Source: the human T2T-CHM13v2.0 reference genome, Homo sapiens. From it: 64,000 nt of DNA. Within the stretch, counting starts at the first letter, position 1. The number at the start of each line of letters is the position of its first letter. Positions 1 through 14,452 of the stretch are shown piece after piece. The stretch lies in assembly GCF_009914755.1 (NCBI RefSeq), contig NC_060935.1, one strand, 5' to 3'. Below the pieces are notes generated by a model. That model saw nothing but the letters and a program-made list of their open reading frames with translations. It had not been told where the DNA came from and did no database searches. Both the position numbers and the translations under genes were made by a program.

Positions 1-1373
1 ATGTAAATTGAGTGTTATAAATCACAGATCTATTTGCTATTCAACGGCTCAGAATTGCACACTTTTCATCAAGAAAAAAATGTTAAGGCTTAAAATTTTC
101 AGTCATTTTCCTGAGTTTATGCAACAAGGAGGTGGTGGGTAGGGTTTCAAACCCAAACCTAGCACCAAAGCCTTTTCTGTGGAAGTTCCTGGGGCCTCTC
201 TACTATCTTTTTTAGTGGTTAGAAGGCATTTCCTCACAATGGCACTGTTACCTGCAAACTGGAGGACTCTGACACTGAAAATTTGGCAACAATATCTTTC
301 TTCTCTCTTCTCAGTAGCTGCACACCTCAACAGAATAAAACCATTTGTCTCTAGATCAGTAATTGGTGGAGGGAATGCCAAAGGAGACATGACAAAAAGG
401 ACAAGGATGTTGTGGCATATGCCAGGACTTAATTGTAGCCATAATTTCATGTTGAGCCTAGGCTGGCAGAAGGTGCACCTGTGAAGTTGGTAGAACATCT
501 GATTGCAGTCTCTTTGCAGAAGGGCTGCAGAGAATGCTAGAGAGAGATATTTAAAAGGTAAGAAGGAGCCTGTTCTGAAGAACTCAACTAAGAAAAAAGT
601 CTTATCCATTAGCATGAAGTCACATTTCTAAGTTTAGCATAGTAGTTATTACTCAAATCCATCCCCACCCCAACCTTCTAGGTGACAAGAAGAGACAAGA
701 CTGGATATCAAGTTTGAAAAAACATTTTATCATTTTTTTCCTCCTTTTGACACTCATAGCTTCTCTCTCAATTCCTGCCTTAGAACCAGTAAGAGCATCT
801 TATTACCCCTGTTTATGTCCATCACCCCATGAAGCCCAAGACTCCCAGCTCATCTCCATTCACGAATTCACTAGCTCTGGTGTCTGTATGGCTCCATCCC
901 ATTTTATGAACTCTTCTTCCACTTTTCTCCCTCTCCTGAAATCATTTCACTGTAACTCTGGAGCTTAAGGTCTCTCAGTACATTTCCCTGTGTCCTCAAG
1001 CTCTTCCAGTAACATTTCCTTCACCTTCTTGAACTAGCTGAAAACCCTGGCTCTTCCTCGAGGACGCTATAGCCCTCTAAAGTGGTTCTATGTTCTCTTT
1101 CACTCCTCCTTCCACTGGACCTGGACGTGGGGTAGAGACCTTCCTTACTACTTTAATAATGCTGTAAGACCATCCTTCCTCCTTCCTCACCAACAAAAAA
1201 ATCAAAGCTTTGAATATCACATCATGAAACTCTGTCTCCTACTACGCTTGTTTGTTTCATTCCCTTACCCACGCCTCCAAAGTCAAGTTCCTGCCCCCAA
1301 TTCTCAAAGATGCTCCTAGATTAGTGCCATTATTGTTTTGAAACACAACTCCTGTCCTGTCATAGGTCTCAAA

Positions 1374-1790
1374 GGTCCATCCCAGGGTGAGTACCGACCT
1401 GTTGTCAGCCTGGATGCTCCTGTAGAAGGTGTTTGGAGACCCCTGTTTGAAGTTCTCACCCCATCAGGAAGGACAGGATCAGGGACACGCTTAAAGAGGC
1501 AGTCTGGCTGCTTTTCTGTACAGCAGGTGTACCGTGTTGGGGGTAGCGTTTCCTTGTCCAGACTGCCTGGACTCTCCAGAGCCAGCAGTCTGGGAAGGCT
1601 GAGTCGACAGAACCACAGAGACATCAGCTGCCCCGCCCCACTGGGTCTCCATCCCAGGGAGAGATCAGAGTTTTGTTCACGTAACCCTGGCTGGTGTTGC
1701 TGAAATTCCCGCAGGGAGGCCCCACCCAGTGAGGAGGAATGGACTGGGGTCCCACTTAAGAAAGCAGTTTGGCCACGATCTGGCACAGCA
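1374..1790 (-). mobile_element. Isolated 5'UTR fragment of an older primate L1 (L1PA13-16/L1PREC2-like)
   Basis: GC-richer island with recalled L1 5'UTR antisense motifs (ttaaagaggcagtctggc; cccagtgaggaggaatgg; ttaagaaagcagtttggcc); no poly(A). Confidence 0.75.
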
Positions 1791-2150
1791 ATGACCTCTA
1801 CATAGATAATTCCAATGGTCAGTGCTCAGTCCTGATCTTACTTCAGTTTTCATTATCATGTAACACAGATGGTGACTCTTTTCCTCTAAACATTGGCATT
1901 GTTTGGCCTCCAGGACTCCATATTCACTTGGTTTTCCTCTGACCTCTGTGGCTGCTCTTTCTAATCTTGCTTTGCTGGTTCCTCCATATGACCCTGACCT
2001 CTAAATGAAGGAGAGTCCTGAGAGTTAGTCGTTTGACCTCTATTTTACCCATCTACATTGCTGGCTTTAATACCATTTAGATGTCCATGACTTCCAAATT
2101 TATATAATTTATATAACTAGCCTTGACCACTTCCCTTTCCTTCCCTTTAG

Positions 2151-2453
<303 letters not shown>

Positions 2454-3301
2454 TAGTCTACATCTTAATACCCAACGGCCTACTCTACATCTCTGCTTGT
2501 CTAATAGACATCTCAAACAACATATCTACTAAAAATCTCCTAATACCCCCCTAAAACATTCTCCTCCCTCGGCATTTTCCATCTCATTTAATGGTGAATT
2601 CATCCCTCCATTTGTTCAGGTGAAACACCCTAGAGTCATCCTTACGTCCTGGCTTTCTCCAATCTAATCTGTCAGCAAATTCTTTCAAATATATCCTCTT
2701 CTTTTGCCTATATCTTCAAGATATAAATACAATTCTATTGCTTTTCACTATTGTTATGTCCTTTATCTGAGCCAAACTACCATCACTTCTCCCCTGCATT
2801 ACTGAAACAGCCTCCTAACTGGTCTCCCTGCTTCTGTACTTGTCCTCCTACAAGCTATTCCCCACACAAAAGTCAAAGGATCATGTTAAAACAAAAGTAA
2901 GGTCTTGTCTCCCACTACTTAAAACTCTCCAATGAGTCCTAGGCCAAGGTCCTCACCTTCTGCTTCAGGATGCTGCACAGTAAGACCATCACTTCTCTGA
3001 CCCAGCGCTTTCCCTCTCCCTCACTCTTCCAGCAATGTTGACTTTATTCAAATGTTGACTTCTCAAGGAGGCTTTTCCCAGATGTTCTATCTAAAATTCA
3101 CCCTCCTGCACATACTTTTCCTATTCGCTTTCCTCAGAGGAAAATTGTTATCACTTGCTGTATATTTTAGTTGTATTAAACATGGAGCTTCATGAAGACA
3201 GGAATTTTTTCTGTTTCCTTTATCACCATCTCTCTGGATCATAGAACAGTGTCTAGTACACAATAAGAGCTTAATACGTGCATTAAGTGAACGGATGAAT
3301 T

Positions 3302-3400
3302 AGGAAATTGAGTCTCCAAGAGATTTAGTAATTTCCCCCAATTGCAAATTTGGTAGCTAATAAGTGTCAGAGCCAGAACTCAACCCTCTTTTTAGTGCCC
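3302..3400 (-). mobile_element. MIR fragment
   Basis: gaaattgagtctccaagagatttagtaatttcccc...gtgtcagagccagaactcaacc resembles the antisense MIR core. Confidence 0.6.
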
Positions 3401-5624
3401 CCATGCTTCCAAGATGGCAACTCAGAAAACTCTTCATCCTTGTTTGGAGAGGCTTCTCAAGGTTCCCATTCTTCCTGACTTCTTGTAAAATATTTATAAT
3501 CCTACATTAAATAAGATTTCCCAGTGCCACTGCTGTGACTTCCCCCTCATCTTTAATTTAGCCAATCTAAACAAACAGGACAAAAAAATGTGCTGCTGAT
3601 CTATTAATAGAGAAGCAAATAAACAGCTCCCTAAATTTCAAGTTGCAATTAGCAATTCCACAGAGCAAAGGGATTTTAGATAAATTAAGATAGCTCATTT
3701 TGGGCTCTGCTGCAAGTTTTAAGGACACTAAGAAGACCATGCCTTATTTAAGCTCACAGGGCCATTGGGAAATAAAAGCTCATTCATGAACACTGAACTT
3801 AATATAACCCTCCTCTTCAAGGCACAATTACCTAGAAGTTCAGTGTTCTGATTGGCCTGGAAATTGTGTATTCAAATGAATAGAACTTACACATTTGCTC
3901 AGCACTAAACTGTGTGCAAGTTACTCTCTTCTGTTGAGAGATGGATGTGAAGCTAAAAATAACATCATTTTTTCAGCAAATAGTACTGTTGGGTTTGAAT
4001 TAAGGGTCTTAGAAACAATATATCATTTCATTCTTACAGTAGCTCTGCAAAAAGGTACAATTTCCACATTATGACTAAGAATGCTAGCTTAGTTGATCTT
4101 CCCAAAGCCCTAGAACTAACAAATCTCACAGGGAAAATTCCAAACCAGATCCCTCTGACTTGAAGTCTCAACCAATGTGTCAGACCGCCTTCATTTAAGA
4201 AGATGACTCAGACTTATCTCTTGCCTTCAGGAATTCAGATTCTCACCAGAAAAATGGAATAACACCTAATTCTGGCTTTAAAAAATACTGGAATCATAGA
4301 TACTAATTAGGAAAAATCATTTCTAAAAGGAGTTAGCTAATAATCTTCTATGTATGAGGTATCTGAATCAAGTTTGAATTATAGGTAAGGTTTAAGAGGT
4401 TGATATGGACCAAAAGGAATTCCAGGTGGAAGAGATTTTACTTGACAAAAGACAAAATCTTGAATGAACTAAAGCAGCAACCTTAATAAGTATAAGACTC
4501 TGAAGCTATAGTAACATCCTCACTCTCCAGAAGAGATCAATAACTGTACCCCAAAAGGGAAACTCAACTACTAAACTCTTACATATGTTATCTGCTTGGA
4601 ATTGTTAAAGGCATTTTAGGCAAAGTGCCCAACCCTAAGGCTCCCCTCCACTTGTCCTGAAGTCCTCCAATCTTCTTATCTTCATACAGAGCTTCTGTCT
4701 GGCTGATAATCAATGGGTTAACAACCTGCTTTTAAAAGCTAAAAGCCCCAGGAAAATTACAACCTATAAATCACAACTCACTTCGTATTGATCTATTCAC
4801 TTGGCTTCTTCCTAACCCAACTGAGAGCTAGCATCTGATGCACAAGAGTATTGATGTGGAGGGAGGAGGGGGGAAGAAAGAGGAAGAAGTAATTCTAGAA
4901 CCTGGGGTAGACCCCAAGGGGCAGGTCTGAGTGGAGTCCTGAGTGCTCAGACACAGGAAAGAATGAGGCAAAAGGTAAAAGAAGGAAACAATTACAAGGG
5001 ACCGAAACTACACTCAAACCGACTTAAACAAATTAAGGAAGTGATTGGATGATGTCTCTGAGCTAAACTTAGGCATGTTTGTACAGCGGCTAAACTTGCA
5101 GGACTGGTCATCAAATTGCCTGAGTTCAGATCCATCTTCAAATTTTTACTCATTGTGGGACCTTGAGCAAGTTACTTAACTTCTCTTACTTAACTTCTCT
5201 GAGCCTTACTTCCCTCATCTGGGTGAAGGTACAAGAATAATAATTGTACTGAACCTACTTTATAGTTTTGTTGTGGGAATTTAGTGAGGTAATGCATGTG
5301 TTATGGGTTGAATTGAGTACCCCAAAAATATGTATTAAAATCCTAACTTCCAGTTCCTCAGAACGTGACCTTATTTGGAAATAGGTTCTTTGTAAATATA
5401 ATTACTTAAGATGGGATCATACTAGAGTAGAATGGGCCTTTAATCCAACATGACTGATACCCTTTTAAGAAGTGAAGAGTCACAGAGACAGACTCAAGGG
5501 GAAAATGCCATGTGATAATAAGGCAAGAGACTGAAGTGCTGTCATTGCAAGACAATGAATGCCTGGGTCTACCAGAAGCTGAAAGAGGCCAGGAAGGTTT
5601 CTGGCCTACAGATTTCAGAGGAAG

Positions 5625-6334
<710 letters not shown>

Positions 6335-8109
6335 GGAAGCATGAACCTGCCAATAGTTTGAATTTGGACTTCTGGAATCCAGAATCATGAAAAAATAAAT
6401 TTCTGTTGTTTTAAGCCACCCAGTTTGTGGTACTTTTGCTATGGCGGCCCAGGAAACTAATACAATATAAGAAATGCTTGCATCAATGCCTGGTACATAG
6501 TATGTATTTAATATATGTTAGCTGTTACTATTACAACTCAGGCACATTCCAATCCAGTTCCTCAAGCAATGTCATTAGAAATTTCTTTCTCTTCCTCTCT
6601 CAGCTTGTTTTCCTCTGACACTGCTGAATTCTCAGGTCGACCCTCCCTCATGGTGGTCCCTGGGAACTCCAGCCAACCAACTTAGCAGCTACAGCAAAAG
6701 GACACATTTATTTCCCTGTAGATCCCGCAACAGTCCTGGGACTGACTCTCATTGGCCTGGATGAAGTCACATGCCCATCCCTGAACCAATCATGGTAGCC
6801 AGAGGGCTTCAAAGCTTTGTCCAGACATGCCTACCCTGTAGGCATGACTGGAGTCAACTCCACTTGAACCACAAGGACTAAGAATAGAGATAAGTGGTTT
6901 GGAAAAATAAAATCAGGCTGCTAGTATCAGAAGGGACATCAGGCATCAGAAGACTGAAGAGGCCTAAAAAACAGATTACTACATGGGATTTTAGCAAACT
7001 GAAGTTTATAAACAGGATCTGTAGATCCTGCAGTTTCCACTGTGTTCAAAATACTATACTAGTAAAACTTATTGGTTGCAATTGCAAACAACAGAAACCA
7101 GGATTAATTAAATTAAACAGAAAATTATTTTTAGGGGGTTTCTGGTAGCTTGCAATGCTGAAAGGAAGGCTGGAAATCAGGCTTAAGCAGGAATGAGCAA
7201 TGCTAACGCTAACACTGGCCATGATTTTTGCTGTGTTCCACCAGCCAGAGGACAGAGAAGATGGATCCCTTTGTGTCTCATCTTGCATCTGTGGCAAGAG
7301 GAGAGAACATTCTATATACTTATTTAGGGTCCCCCCCCCCCAAAACAAGTAGAGTGTTTGGATATTGATTTGACAAAGAGAAAGATATACAGTAGTTTTC
7401 TACTTAATGACAAGCAGGAAATAGTTATGAATAGAACAAGACCTTATAGTCTCCAGAAGCTGCAATCAAGGTACGAATGCCTTATTTAGAACTAACCAAC
7501 ACTCAAGGCAGAGCACTCATACGAGGCCCATAGAATGTCATCGATGAGGGAATGGGGAATGCTGCACGAGACAAATGTCAGCAAGAGAATGGGGATGATT
7601 TTGACAATAGCAGAGGAGCAAGAGTTAGGATAGAAAGAGAATTCTAGAAGTGACAGCATGAACAAAAGCATGCAGAAAAATAAAATCCAGCACATAAAAT
7701 AAGGAAGACTTTTTTGAATTCAAGAAATTTGTTTTTACAGCAGCATCTCAGTGCCTCAAAGATTATCTTTAAAAACAGCTGTTACCCAACAACTACTTAA
7801 AGCTTGAAATAAAGGAAAACATTCCCACGCCAACTCTGCACTCTAAATAGAAGCTGAAAAGATAGATACAAAAATACCAAGGCCACTATGGCAGCCTGAT
7901 TTGAAGCTTTTTATAAAACAAAAAGTTCTGTGGTCTCCTGAAAGGCTCACTCCTCTTGTCTGCACAATTGTTCAGTCTCTCCTGAGCCCCCACTGTCGGG
8001 ATAGCAGGGAGGGAACTGAGGAAAAGCAGCCGTCTTGAACCAGAGCCAGCCTCCAATCCCTCTGCACCCATGCAAGTGTGCCTTCTCAGGGACAAGGACT
8101 ATGATAAAA

Positions 8110-8285
8110 TAAGAACATTATCACTATCATGCATTGGGTGTTTAACATGGCTAGAACTATCCAAAGCATCACACAGGTTATGTCATTTCCAACCACCCCA
8201 ACAAGTGACTGGTACTGTAATCTCCATTTCACAGATGAAGAAATTGAGCCAGAGAGAAGTTAAGTCATAAAATGCCCAAGGTCAC
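8110..8285 (-). mobile_element. MIR
   Basis: ccatttcacagatgaagaaattgagccagagagaagttaag...gcccaaggtcac. Confidence 0.8.
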
Positions 8286-8474
8286 TTAGGATTCCTCATT
8301 AATTCTCAGAATAGTAACTGAAACCTCTGCAGCATTTTAGAGTTTATGAAGGCTGGTGGAGGGACAGGGAAGGAGCTTATTAAATAATTACAACGGGTCA
8401 AATTTTTGTGCAAAGCACTCTACAGATCCTAGAAATATAAAAACAAACAAAATCTGTTAGGTAAATGCCCAATA

Positions 8475-8563
8475 TGAATATAATGAATGCTAATGAACTG
8501 TAATTTAAAAATGGTTAAAATGATAAATGTTATGCTATATATATTATACCACAATAAAAAGAA
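8475..8563 (+). mobile_element. L1M (L1MB-like) 3' terminal fragment
   Basis: gaactgtaatttaaaaatggttaaaatgataaatgttatg...accacaataaaaa. Confidence 0.7.
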
Positions 8564-8569
8564 ATCTAT

Positions 8570-9180
8570 CAGGTGGTACTGTGTGGCATGTGAATGCTCT
8601 AAATGCATTAGCTCATTTAAATCCTCTCAACAGCCTTGTGAAGCAGATGGCAGTGCTATCTCCAGGTGACAAATGAAGAAATGGAAGCTCCAGAGGTTAA
8701 GTAATTCACTTGGTTAGAATCACCCATCTAGTACATGCCTTCAATTAGTACTATTAGTTACAATATTATTACTGTTGTTAGTGTTAACTAGTATTATTAA
8801 TAATTGATAGTATTATTATTGCAAATAATATAATAATACTAATATTGTTAGTACTATTAGGATAGATTTCAGAGGCAGTTAGTGGGCTTTTGAATCCCAA
8901 CTGTACCATCCACTAGCTGTGTTATCATGGGCAGGTTAGTTGATCTCTCTCTGCCTGTTTGCTTATTTATTAAAGAGGGATAATCATAGTGCCTCTCTCA
9001 TAGGGTTGTCAAGAGGATTGAAATGAGGTAGTAAGGTGTGAGTGCTTGGAGCAGTGCCTGGAAAATTGTAGGTGTTAAATAAAATACTATTGGTACTATT
9101 AAGCTTTTTCAAGAGCGGAATTAAGCTAAGAGATTATGCAACTTGCCCAAGGTCACATGACTAAAGGAAAAGGTGGAAGA
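8570..9180. mobile_element. MIR cluster: minus ~8570-8730, AT-rich (TAT)n-like spacer, plus ~8865-9100, minus ~9110-9180
   Basis: ctcatttaaatcctctcaacagcc; tttgaatcccaactgtaccatccactagctgtg...ctcatagggttgt; acttgcccaaggtcaca. Confidence 0.75.
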
Positions 9181-9569
9181 GAGGCTCACACCTTTATTGG
9201 CCAAGGCGGAAGAAGGTGGACATTTACCGAGGTCAGTAGCCACACTTCCCACAGCCACCAGAGGCCCATTACAGAGGCAGGTCTAAAGAGATCTTAGATC
9301 AGTGAAGACTTACTGGGTAAGGACCTCTTTGATAAATCTGGAGGCGGTTAAAGTTAAGACATCCTCACCACAAAAAGATGCACACATGTGAAATGATATA
9401 AACTTATAAAAAAAAAGTCCAAGGTTTTTGGATCCCTGAGCATTGCCCTCCCCATCCAGGGAGTCCTCTGGTAAGAAATTCTACCCTGGAGAACCCTGCC
9501 CAAACCTCACTCCCACACTGTATTGATTTAGAAGGAAAACTCCCAAAAGGTCAGGGCAGTAGTTCTCCC

Positions 9570-9680
9570 TTCTGCTTCTGATTCATTAAACCTGGTGCAG
9601 GATGCAGGGATATAAATTTTTAATAAGGCTTTCCGAGAGATTCTGATGCAAGGAGCCACCATACTCTGAAAATCACAGCT
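9570..9680 (+). mobile_element. MER5-type hAT fragment
   Basis: ttctgattca...atttttaataag...gattctgatgca...atactctgaaaatcac. Confidence 0.5.
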
Positions 9681-9849
9681 TAATGGAACTTGCTCAAAGT
9701 TACCCAGGTAAAGGAGACCAAGACAGGATTGGCCTTAAGAAATGACTCTGCCTGCAGAGTCCAAACTCCAGTGAGTTCTCCTTCCACTTTGTGCACAACC
9801 TAAAAATATTTTCAAATAAATTAAATTTTTAAAACTTTTCAAAATTGCT

Positions 9850-10660
9850 ACATATAGAAAGAAATTTCACATAGAGAAAACTAGAAGAGAATATGCCAGG
9901 ATATTAGTAATAGAGTCTCTTGGAAAACAGAATTGTAACCATCTTTTCACTTTTATCTGCTTTTTTATATTTTCTGATTTTCATGCAATAAATATATATT
10001 CTATGTAAGACATCTTTGAAGGTAAACCTTATGCTTAATATTTATTTTTATATTTTAGTTTCGTGGACATTGTATTTAGAACATTAACCCACTTAATTTC
10101 TGTTTTTCCTGGCTCCTTACTTTTAAAAAAGGAGATAAGTGGGGGAAATTAAATAAATTTACTTGGAAGTGAACCAAAGTAAAGATAGGAAGGAAAAATG
10201 TGCTTGATTAGCCACTCTGTGAAGAATTATAGAGATAGACCTAGAATTTCTAAACTACTCTATCACCCTTGAAGAGAAAAAGAAATGAAGAACACAGCCT
10301 TGGATGACGTACTAAAGCATATGTTTTCAAATCGTTGGTTCTTTTATAAAAATGCCATTAGGAAGAAGAAGGTCAGGAAGACAGAAAACGCCTGCATCCT
10401 GGGAGTGTGATAACAAAAGAATGATGATCAAGCCTTACATCTGTCTAGCACTTACCATTTTTCCAAGCCCATTTATAATAATTAGCAATTGGAAAGAACC
10501 CAAATGGGCAACAATAGGGGAATGGCTAAACAAACAGTGGTCGATTAACTCAGATGGAATACTTCATAAAGAGAGACAATGGTGAGCTTGCAGACAGAGC
10601 TGATACTGGAAATGTCTGTATGACCTCATGTTAACTAAGAAAAAAATGAAACACAAAATA
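9850..10660 (+). mobile_element. Degraded L1ME 3' fragments (~9850-10010 and ~10470-10660)
   Basis: aattggaaagaacccaaatgggcaacaataggggaatggctaaacaaac; ctagaagagaatatgccaggatattagtaa. Confidence 0.55.
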
Positions 10661-11653
10661 GCGCCTTGGGGACTTCAATAAGGCATTTTAAAAGGTCCAT
10701 CACATTAGCTTCTTAGACAAGATGGAGAAATGAGAACTTCATTGTTTATTAGAGAGAAGAGCTGACATCAACATCTGGCTCTTCCAGAAACTAGCTAAAT
10801 AGCATTAGAGAGGTTAGGGGCAATTCCCTTTTTATATGCGTAATGCATTTCTGACTTCAAAATTTTTTTACAAAGCCTGAGTTAGGAAATTACATGTCAC
10901 AGGATTTTTCAAAGACAAAAAAAAAAAAAAATGTAAGACCTCTAATACATCTTGCCTTCTTGAGACAATCTTTTTGGATTTGCTTCTAGCAATGTATATA
11001 ATTTTTAATTTGGCCCTTTTCTTTCCAGTTGAAACCAAAGTATAAAGGCTTTAAGTCCAAAAAGAATTCACCACTTTTGGTATTCCCAATAAGTTTTATT
11101 TTAGTCTCAGTTTGCATTGAGTATTATTAAAATGTTAAGTTCATTATCACCAATATTAGAGCTTATATTTTTTTCAGCTCCCACACAAATCTAGTAAACC
11201 ACGAGTCGGGCATTGTGTTCAGAACTTTTGCAACAGCAGTCCTGGCCTTGTTCTATGTCACAGATCCAGTAAATAATAAAGTTAAATGTATGCAAAAGCT
11301 CTGAACACAATGCCTGAAACATAATTTGTCCTCAGTCGGGGTTTACTAAATTCTATTTTGGATGCTAGCATGTAGATTAACAACAACAAATAATGGTGCA
11401 CACAGAATACTGCTTTACAAGTTGAACAGTGTTTACCTAGCAGGACACTTCTGCTAACAAGCATCAAAGATCCTGGCTTTGCTTGCCATAAGAATTTTAG
11501 CCCTGCCTCAGGAGAGTTAGACCATGAAATTTGTGAGTGGCAAAAAGCCAAGAAGGGGAGCAAATATTTTAGAACATAAAATAAAAATCTAGGATAATTT
11601 GGTCAAGTCCTGAGTTATGGTTTAAACATACCAGGATGAAAGTGAATGCAAGG

Positions 11654-11774
11654 AGCTGGGTGTGGTGGCACACGCTTCTCCCAGCTATTCAGGAGGCTGA
11701 AGCAGGAGGATCCCTTGAGCCCCTGAGTTCATGGCCAGACTTGGCAATATAATTAGACCTCATCTCTTAAAAAA
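11654..11774 (+). mobile_element. Alu monomer (FLAM-like)
   Basis: gctgggtgtggtggcacacg...ggaggatcccttgagccc...agacctcatctcttaaaaaa; degenerate TSD aagtgaatgcaagg / aaggtattgcaggg. Confidence 0.85.
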
Positions 11775-11945
11775 GAAGAAGAAGAAGAAGAAGAAGAAGA
11801 AGAAGAAGAAGAAGAAGAAGAAGAAGAAGAAGAAGAAGAGGAAGAGGAAGAGGAAGAGGAAGAGGAAGAGGAAGAGGAAGAGGAAGAGGAAGAAGAAGAA
11901 GAAGAAGAAGAAGAAGAAGAAGAAGAAGAAGAAGAAGAAGAAGAA
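11775..11945 (+). repeat. Compound microsatellite (GAA)21(GAGGAA)9(GAA)18
   Basis: Counted directly; 171 bp, all purine. Confidence 0.97.
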
Positions 11946-12299
11946 AGGTATTGCAGGGAAATAGGGAAATGTAAGACCTTCCATTTAGATCCCAAAGACT
12001 GATCTCCCAAAAATGAGTTGGAGAATATATAACTTACTCTAGCATGTATGGAAGGGATTCAGGGAATTTGATTAGCAGAAAGTCTACTATGAGTCTATAT
12101 AATAATTTGAATCTGCAAAATGCTAATAAGACCCAGGCATTTAGAATTAGAGGCAAGGACATATTGAGAGTTTGAGTTTAGTTTTTTTAAGGACTTAGGT
12201 AGAATAGGTTATGTGTTTGGAAGACAGGGGCCAGGATGATTACTGAGAGGACTCTCAACCTCATCATCTACAGAATTTTTGAAGGATCTGGTCAAAAAA

Positions 12300-12605
12300 A
12301 GTCACTGGGGTATATGATCACCTATTTCAAATGCTTCTAACAATGGACGAAGAAGTAACATTTATTGTGTAAGCCATCAGGTAGATTCAAAGGGTAGAAG
12401 GTGATGCAAGATGACAATATAGAGAGAATTTCTAATCATCAGAACTTCCCAGAGATAAATCACATTTGGTAGATAGAAAGTTCACCTTCAATGGAGGTGT
12501 TCCAGCATAAACTGTAGAATCCCCTGACAGAAAGTAGTAGGAAGTTCATAAGCACACGGTGATGGGAAGGCAGATGCCCCTTGAGATCCCTTTTAGTCTC
12601 TTTCT
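12300..12605 (+). mobile_element. L3/CR1 3' relic
   Basis: gaatttctaatcatcaga...ttcaccttcaatggaggtgttccagca...gatgccccttgagatcccttttagtctc. Confidence 0.6.
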
Positions 12606-13859
12606 CTATCCTATTCTAGTGTTTATGCCACTTTCAATTCAAGTATGTGAAAATACGTGTGTGCAAGACTAAACCTGGGAACAAATATGGAAAGATATGA
12701 ACAGTTGACAGGTAAATGCACATTAGGTTCCTTCTTCATTTATTCATACTCCCTCATACCTCACACCACATATGTCTGTGTTAATAATAATCTAGATCAA
12801 AGAAAATGTAAATCAGAAAAGGTCATTTCTGAGAGCAAAGATTAAGGCACTATATTCAAAGGCAGGTCACCAAGGTTCTGTGCAGTTCCTAAGTGAATGA
12901 CAGATTTGGCACTGAGCTTCCTGGTTGCCAAAGTGAAAAGAGAAACTGCAATCAGTCACAAGATTCTCAAAGGTCAAGAGAAGAAAACATTTCAGTTCTT
13001 CAGAGGAACAAAACTCCTGGCACTTAGCCCTGAAAGGAATTGCTCTTGTGGAGACGCTGATCACTGTTAAAGACAGCGTCCATAACAAGAATCCCTGGAG
13101 TAAATACAATAGTGTGGGCCTTAAAGCTGTTTCTTGATGGTGCCTCTGGAAGAAACCTGAGGCTGTGACCCTGGAGCACAATGTGGTAAAAACACTTCTC
13201 TCAAAGTGGAAAAAATAACATTTGAATTCTTTATAATCTAGGTAGACCTAAAAATTAATACCTAAAATATATATTTTTTAATTAAGTGGATGACATAAGT
13301 TTCACACAATCCTTTATGAATGTTATTTCTCTAAACCAGAGAGTTTGAGCTTATACTCTGTGATAGGGACTTATCCTCCTTAAGCTGATAAGTATTTTCC
13401 TTTTTATTTCACTCTTTTCCTTTAACTTTCCTTTTTATTTAGATCATTTCCTTTTCCTCCATATTATACAGGGCCCCTCTCTGCCTCCAGGGCTGTTCCC
13501 CTCCTCCAGGCTGTCACCTACTGTCTCTGTGTACAGCTCTCTTTTCCCTTCGTGGTGCGAGGCAGTTTGTGTGACATGTATCCTCCCACTGGGAACTAAA
13601 TTAAGACATCATAGTCTTGTCACATCAGGCACCTAATAATCACTAGTTGTTTGCTAGCACTGTTCATTTGGGATGAATTCAAAATTCTGATCCTGAAAGA
13701 AAGCTGCCAGTTTCCATTAACAGCAATTGCCAATTCAAAGGTCTTGACCGGGAGCTAAAGAATAAAAAGCTAATAGAACAAATGACTAATGGGACTTGAA
13801 TATACCTTCCGTGATAGGAGAGCTAGTCGAGCATGGGACTGCCTGGAGACTGGGTGGCC

Positions 13860-14095
13860 ATGTGGCTGAGTTCTTGATGGTGGAATGTGAGTGGAAGTTA
13901 TGCATGTCTTCTGTGCCCTTAAGACAAGAGATGTCCCTCCTGAGCACCACAGCCAGCCTCTAAGATGCCAGACAGCCTCTAAGGTGTTCTCCAGCTGGCC
14001 TGAACAACCACAGGGAGCAGAGTTCAACAACTCACCCTGAAGAGAAAATGAGCCATTGCATTTTGGGGTCCCCTTGTCATAGCAGTTTAACTTCC
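13860..14095 (+). mobile_element. Old MLT1 LTR fragment
   Basis: gagccattgcattttggggtccccttgtcatagcagtttaac resembles an MLT1 3' end. Confidence 0.5.
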
Positions 14096-14452
14096 CCACC
14101 CTCCGCATAATTCCAACTGGATAATTCCAAGCTGGCTAGGGACCCATGCCATCTCAGAAGGGCTTGATTGGTGACCAACTTCATCACATATAATCACTTA
14201 CTTTATTTGAGAAACCTATACTTTCAGAAACTCTTCATACTAAAAGTGTGCTCTTAACCTTTAATCTTAAGAGTTTTCTCTAAGTATGTACATGTGTGTT
14301 TTCCACAGATAAAATTTAGTTTGCACTTTTGATGAATCAAGGGTTGAATGCTTGCCTTCTTTATTAATCACAAAAAGTACAATAGTAATATTCCTATGAA
14401 TCACAATCATTTCTACATGTTCTGTCACAATTTAGAGTGTTCCAGCACCTTA

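Noticed and set aside
103-615. 170-aa and 101-aa ORFs at the window start
   Set aside because: No domain, no splice support, partial overlap with a probable MIR; consistent with chance.
11731-12010. Poly-K, poly-S and poly-F ORFs
   Set aside because: Translations of the GAA microsatellite.
13046-13090. Small hairpin gacgctg...cagcgtc
   Set aside because: Short stem expected by chance in 64 kb.
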